This document shows positions 60,134-64,000 of a stretch of 64,000 nucleotides of DNA, one piece after another; positions within the stretch are counted from its first letter, which is position 1; every line of letters begins with the position of its first letter. Origin of the DNA: Candidatus Magasanikbacteria bacterium RIFCSPHIGHO2_01_FULL_41_23 (GTDB taxonomy: Bacteria > Patescibacteriota > Patescibacteriia > Magasanikbacterales > UBA922); NCBI GenBank assembly GCA_001782805.1, contig MFPT01000019.1:1801-65800 (forward strand). Direction: 5' to 3'. The position numbers were made by a program, and so were the translations under genes. The notes beneath the pieces were generated by a model. That model was not told where the DNA came from, made no database searches, and worked only from the letters and a program-made list of their open reading frames with translations.

Positions 60134-61234
60134 TTATGTTGGAAATAAAAATTCCGTGTTAATGGAAAAAATTGCCTGCAATTCAGAAGAAATTTCAGGA
60201 GTATTATTTAGGACATCCGGTTTATATGTTTTAACAAATTTTAACAATTTGTTTTTAAATATTTCATTCGTAGAGAGTTTCTCCCAAAATAATTTAATTT
60301 TTGCATACGCCGCAGATAAAGATCTTTCTGTACCAAGAACTGCACCTACTGCCATTGATAATTCATCGATAATACCCTGCAGTGAAACATCGTGGTCTTG
60401 TTCAATCATTCTCTTCGACAAGATAAAGGCTTGGAGTCGATAGAACAATTCTTTAGCTAATAATTTACCTTCTTCGGTATCGCTTGCTACTTTTTGGTGG
60501 TTTCCAGAATCTATAATCGAATAAATTCCTGAGTCAATATTTACAAAAGAAGTACGCCCGCCATCAGCACCTTCTAAAACATCAAAATACATACTATGCA
60601 ACTCATCCAGATATGCAAGTTGTCGATGGATTTCAGGATTCATTTTGTCGCCATCGATGTTTCTGACGCTTGATTGCGTAGTTTTCGCTCCGTGTTCTCT
60701 GTCAATTGCTGTGACTAATCCGTGTCTTAATTCGTGTCTAGCAATATTTTGCTCCCATTCTGGATGGAATGTACCATCTAAAAAATTATATGTATTTCTA
60801 ATGTCAACGAAGCATATATTTTTTTCAGAATCATAGACTCCAGCATAATTACCCAGTTTACCGTGGCTTGAGACAGTTCTTAGATCCTTGCAACCATCTG
60901 GAATTTTAATTTCAGCATTGTATATAACAAGAAGTATGCCATTAAAACATGTGGCATCAATCACCCCTTCTTTAGCTTTCCATAATAAAACATCGTTAGA
61001 TGTAGCTTCAGCGTGTGGGAAAACAATTTTACCGTCTGATTGAAATTTTAATTCTCTTATCTGCCGTTCTTTTTCTAAAAATTGCATTTGCTCAGGATTC
61101 AGTAATGATTCTATGATTTTTTTTGAATCTAAAAATAGATCGTTTTCAATTTTTGTGACTTTGGAGCAATCACTAGCACAGGCGTGTAACGGCTGATTAT
61201 GAATTGGACAAATATTTTCTTCTTGTTCACTCAT
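60134..61234 (-). CDS. Hypothetical protein with HExxH motif
   Basis: Long AT-rich ORF; ARHELRHG; N-terminal CPIH...HAC...C; probable start MSEQEE at 61234. Confidence 0.7.
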   Translation of the reverse strand: MSEQEENICPIHNQPLHACASDCSKVTKIENDLFLDSKKIIESLLNPEQMQFLEKERQIRELKFQSDGKIVFPHAEATSNDVLLWKAKEGVIDATCFNGILLVIYNAEIKIPDGCKDLRTVSSHGKLGNYAGVYDSEKNICFVDIRNTYNFLDGTFHPEWEQNIARHELRHGLVTAIDREHGAKTTQSSVRNIDGDKMNPEIHRQLAYLDELHSMYFDVLEGADGGRTSFVNIDSGIYSIIDSGNHQKVASDTEEGKLLAKELFYRLQAFILSKRMIEQDHDVSLQGIIDELSMAVGAVLGTERSLSAAYAKIKLFWEKLSTNEIFKNKLLKFVKTYKPDVLNNTPEISSELQAIFSINTEFLFPT

Positions 61235-61286
61235 AATAAAATTTATCAAACTATCTATTCGTGATCTTTTTACAATATAAAAAAAT

Positions 61287-62528
61287 CTATTTCAAATATC
61301 CCAACGGATCAACCGGAATGCCATTTTTGCGCACTTCAAAATGTAAGTGTTGGCCAGTGGTGAATGGTCCGGCTCCGACTGTGCCCGGTGTGGCGCCGGA
61401 ATAACCAATAATATCGCCCCGAGTGACAAATTCTTCTTCAGACACATTAAGCGCGCTCAAATGTCCGTACACTGTGGAAATACCATTGGAGTGGACAATC
61501 ATAATATAACTGTAGCAGGCGGCAGTAGTGCACTTTTTGGCTCGAGCAATGTAGCCTGAGGCCGCGGCTTTGACTGCTGTGCCATGTGATGCCACCAAAT
61601 CAATCGCGTTATGTTCAAAAACTTGGCGATATGGATAGGTTACATCGTGAAAATACGCAGTGATCCGACGACTGCTGACAGGCCAAGATAATTCGCCTGA
61701 ATCAACATCAAATTTTTCCGGTTTCTTTTTCTGCTGTTCAGCCAATTTTTTACGGACTTGAGTTTCAATCCCGCCGATTTCATTTTCCGTCTGTTGATAC
61801 TGTGCTTTCAGTGAATTGACCAAAGTTTTATATTTTTGCTCTGAGGCTTGAGTTTCGGATAACAGCTCTTGTTTATAATTAATTTGACTCCGAAGTTCCA
61901 GTTTTTTATCTTCCAGTTCAGTGCGTATTTCCTGATAATCTTGCTTAGTTTCTTTGGTGGTTTGATGTTTGACTTCCAAATCAGCTTTGGCCAAACGTAA
62001 TGTTTTGGCGGTTTTACCTAAATTGTGTTCCAATGTTTGTACATAATTAACGCGATCGTAAAAATCAGACAGCGAGGAATAGACGGTCATAATTTCAATC
62101 ATTTTTTTACCATCTTCACGCCGTAATTCACGAATCAATTCAGCCAATATGCGCTTTTGCCGTTCGATAATTTTTGTTTTTTCGGCGATTGATAATTGTA
62201 AGCCTTTTAATTCAAGACCAAGCGTTTCCAATTTTTCTTGCGTTGCTTGCACATCCAAATTAACCTGCGAAATGGTATTATCAAGCAGGTTAACTTGATT
62301 TTTTAAGGAAATGGTTTGTGTTTGCGTTTCACTTATTTTTGCCTTATATGCATCAATGGATTTTTGAATTTGTTCAATTTTCTTTTTTTTCGTTTCAATC
62401 TGACTATTCAATTGATCAATTTCCGTGTTGGCTGTGACTGTTCCTGATGTTTGCGAATACACAAAAAATGGCAAAGTAGTACCGGCACTAAATAATAAAT
62501 ACAATAAAACTAACCATTTTTTTTTCAT
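61287..62528 (-). CDS. Coiled-coil M23 peptidase (EnvC/CwlO-like murein hydrolase)
   Basis: Signal peptide, long coiled coil, HNAID, YGHL, HLHFEVR. Confidence 0.92.
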   Translation of the reverse strand: MKKKWLVLLYLLFSAGTTLPFFVYSQTSGTVTANTEIDQLNSQIETKKKKIEQIQKSIDAYKAKISETQTQTISLKNQVNLLDNTISQVNLDVQATQEKLETLGLELKGLQLSIAEKTKIIERQKRILAELIRELRREDGKKMIEIMTVYSSLSDFYDRVNYVQTLEHNLGKTAKTLRLAKADLEVKHQTTKETKQDYQEIRTELEDKKLELRSQINYKQELLSETQASEQKYKTLVNSLKAQYQQTENEIGGIETQVRKKLAEQQKKKPEKFDVDSGELSWPVSSRRITAYFHDVTYPYRQVFEHNAIDLVASHGTAVKAAASGYIARAKKCTTAACYSYIMIVHSNGISTVYGHLSALNVSEEEFVTRGDIIGYSGATPGTVGAGPFTTGQHLHFEVRKNGIPVDPLGYLK

Positions 62529-62609
62529 GCTTTTAGGTCTATGCAATATAGTATACACTAAAAAAAATCAACGTCAAATTTAAGAAAAAATCTTTTGTTT
62601 AAAAGAAAT

Positions 62610-64000
62610 TTATAAATTTTCCACAGCGGTGGACAGACGGAGTATTGTATTTTTTTTGCCAAGTACCATAGCAATTTCCGTTGGTCCGGGAGAATTTTTT
62701 TGTCCGGATAAAGCCACACGCATTGGCCAATAGACATTTCCCACTCCATAACCTGATGATTCCAACCATGCGCGCAAACAAGGATCAATTTCCGTAGCTG
62801 TCCAAGATTCTTCTGAAATTGCGGTTAAGAGTCCAACCAGCTCTTGTAAAATTTTCTTGGTTTCTTCCGGTGTGCTTTTTTTCCAGACAATCATTTCCAC
62901 GACAATTTTTGGATTCGGTGTTTTAAATATGAATCCCAATTCAGTTACTAAATTAACCAATGTTGTAGCGCGTTCTTGTTCCAAAGCGAATAAATCTCCG
63001 AGCCAGATGTCCAGTTCATTTTTCACACGTGGATTACAATTCGCATAATCGGGAAATTGCGCAGTCAAAAATGGTTTGGCTCGCGCGACTAATTCTTCAC
63101 GACTTAACGAGCGCAGATATTGCTGATTAAACCAATCCAATTTTTCAAGATTAAAAACCGCCGGATTTTTGCTGACTTTTTCCAAAGAAAATTCTTGTTC
63201 CAGTTCTTTGAATGTGAAGATTTCGCGTTCCGTCCCAGGATTCCAGCCCAAAAAAGCAATGAAATTTATCAGAGCCTCGGGTAAATATCCTTTGGCCTTG
63301 TAATCGTTGACAGAAACATCATCATGGCGTTTGCTTAATTTTTTTTTATCACAATTAACCAAAAGTGGTAAATGCACAAAATGTGGTGCTTCCCAACCAA
63401 ACATTTGATACAAAATCACATGTTTGGGAGTGGATGAAAGCCATTCTTCGCCACGAATGATGTGGCTAATTTTCATTAAATGATCGTCAACGACTACTGC
63501 CAAATGATATGTGGGAAAACCATCGGATTTCATCAATACTTGGTCATCAATCAAACTATTTTTAAATTCCACCTGACCGCGAACTAAATCAGTGAACATG
63601 GTTACGCCTTCACGCGGCATTTTCAGGCGAATGACTGAAGTTTCATTATTTTTTAAACGTGTTTTAGCTTCATCCGACTTTATATCTCGACAATGTCCAT
63701 CATATCCGGTCGGTAATTTATTTAATTCCTGAAATTTGCGTACCTCATCAAGCCGTTCTTTGGTACAAAAACAATAATACGCGTGACCTTTGGCAATTAA
63801 TTCAGCTGTGTATTTTTGGTAAATTTCCAAACGTTCGGATTGAATATATGGACCAAGTTCGCCTTTTTGAATAATTTTATTTTGTTCGACATCCACACCT
63901 TCATCAATCGTAATGCCGGCCCAATGCAACATATTTAACATGCTTTCCATTGAGCCTGGCATCAAGCGAGCTTGATCAGTATCTTCAATGCGTAATAAAA
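62610..64000 (-). CDS. gltX: Glutamate--tRNA ligase (5' end outside the window)
   Basis: LRIEDTDQ, GPYIQSER, AYYCFC, PTYHLAVVVDD, IRGEEW, KLSKR. Confidence 0.96.
   Translation of the reverse strand, partial: LLRIEDTDQARLMPGSMESMLNMLHWAGITIDEGVDVEQNKIIQKGELGPYIQSERLEIYQKYTAELIAKGHAYYCFCTKERLDEVRKFQELNKLPTGYDGHCRDIKSDEAKTRLKNNETSVIRLKMPREGVTMFTDLVRGQVEFKNSLIDDQVLMKSDGFPTYHLAVVVDDHLMKISHIIRGEEWLSSTPKHVILYQMFGWEAPHFVHLPLLVNCDKKKLSKRHDDVSVNDYKAKGYLPEALINFIAFLGWNPGTEREIFTFKELEQEFSLEKVSKNPAVFNLEKLDWFNQQYLRSLSREELVARAKPFLTAQFPDYANCNPRVKNELDIWLGDLFALEQERATTLVNLVTELGFIFKTPNPKIVVEMIVWKKSTPEETKKILQELVGLLTAISEESWTATEIDPCLRAWLESSGYGVGNVYWPMRVALSGQKNSPGPTEIAMVLGKKNTILRLSTAVENL

Overview
Core chromosomal segment of a bacterium that uses genetic code 11 (TGA = stop). 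Gene content, AT-rich leaders without Shine-Dalgarno motifs and a characteristic secreted-protein C-terminal domain suggest Patescibacteria/CPR, probably Parcubacteria ABY1 (inference). It carries rny (partial), ppa, infB, trxA, gdhA, an ECF-type sigma factor, leuS, msrB/msrA, a split comEC-pilM-pilin-pilD cluster, a P-type ATPase, a complete F1Fo ATP synthase operon, typA, a UvrD/PD-(D/E)XK fusion, proS, mreBCD-mrdA, greA, lysS, serS, a cell-wall cluster, a LexA cassette, an M23 peptidase and gltX (partial). I saw no rRNA, tRNA, CRISPR array or transposase. Most notable signals: (1) a dispersed ~24-nt hairpin element (tag-stem-GA-G-loop-C-GA-stem) at about 10 sites, 9 of them in frame inside genes (leuS, serS, typA twice, atpH, comEC, pilin leader, uvrD, a methyltransferase), some nested; (2) larger intergenic hairpin families (~155 bp and ~90-110 bp) with compensatory changes and apparently the same tandem G.A core; (3) an unannotated 39-aa, 8-Cys peptide behind a perfect sigma70 promoter, directly upstream of an ABC exporter; (4) a LexA-box promoter driving Bro-N, LexA, a degenerate Y-family polymerase and a DEDDh exonuclease; (5) a Nudix domain inserted in LeuRS; (6) a candidate 6S-like RNA upstream of rny. 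All calls come from reading the sequence; no database search was run.
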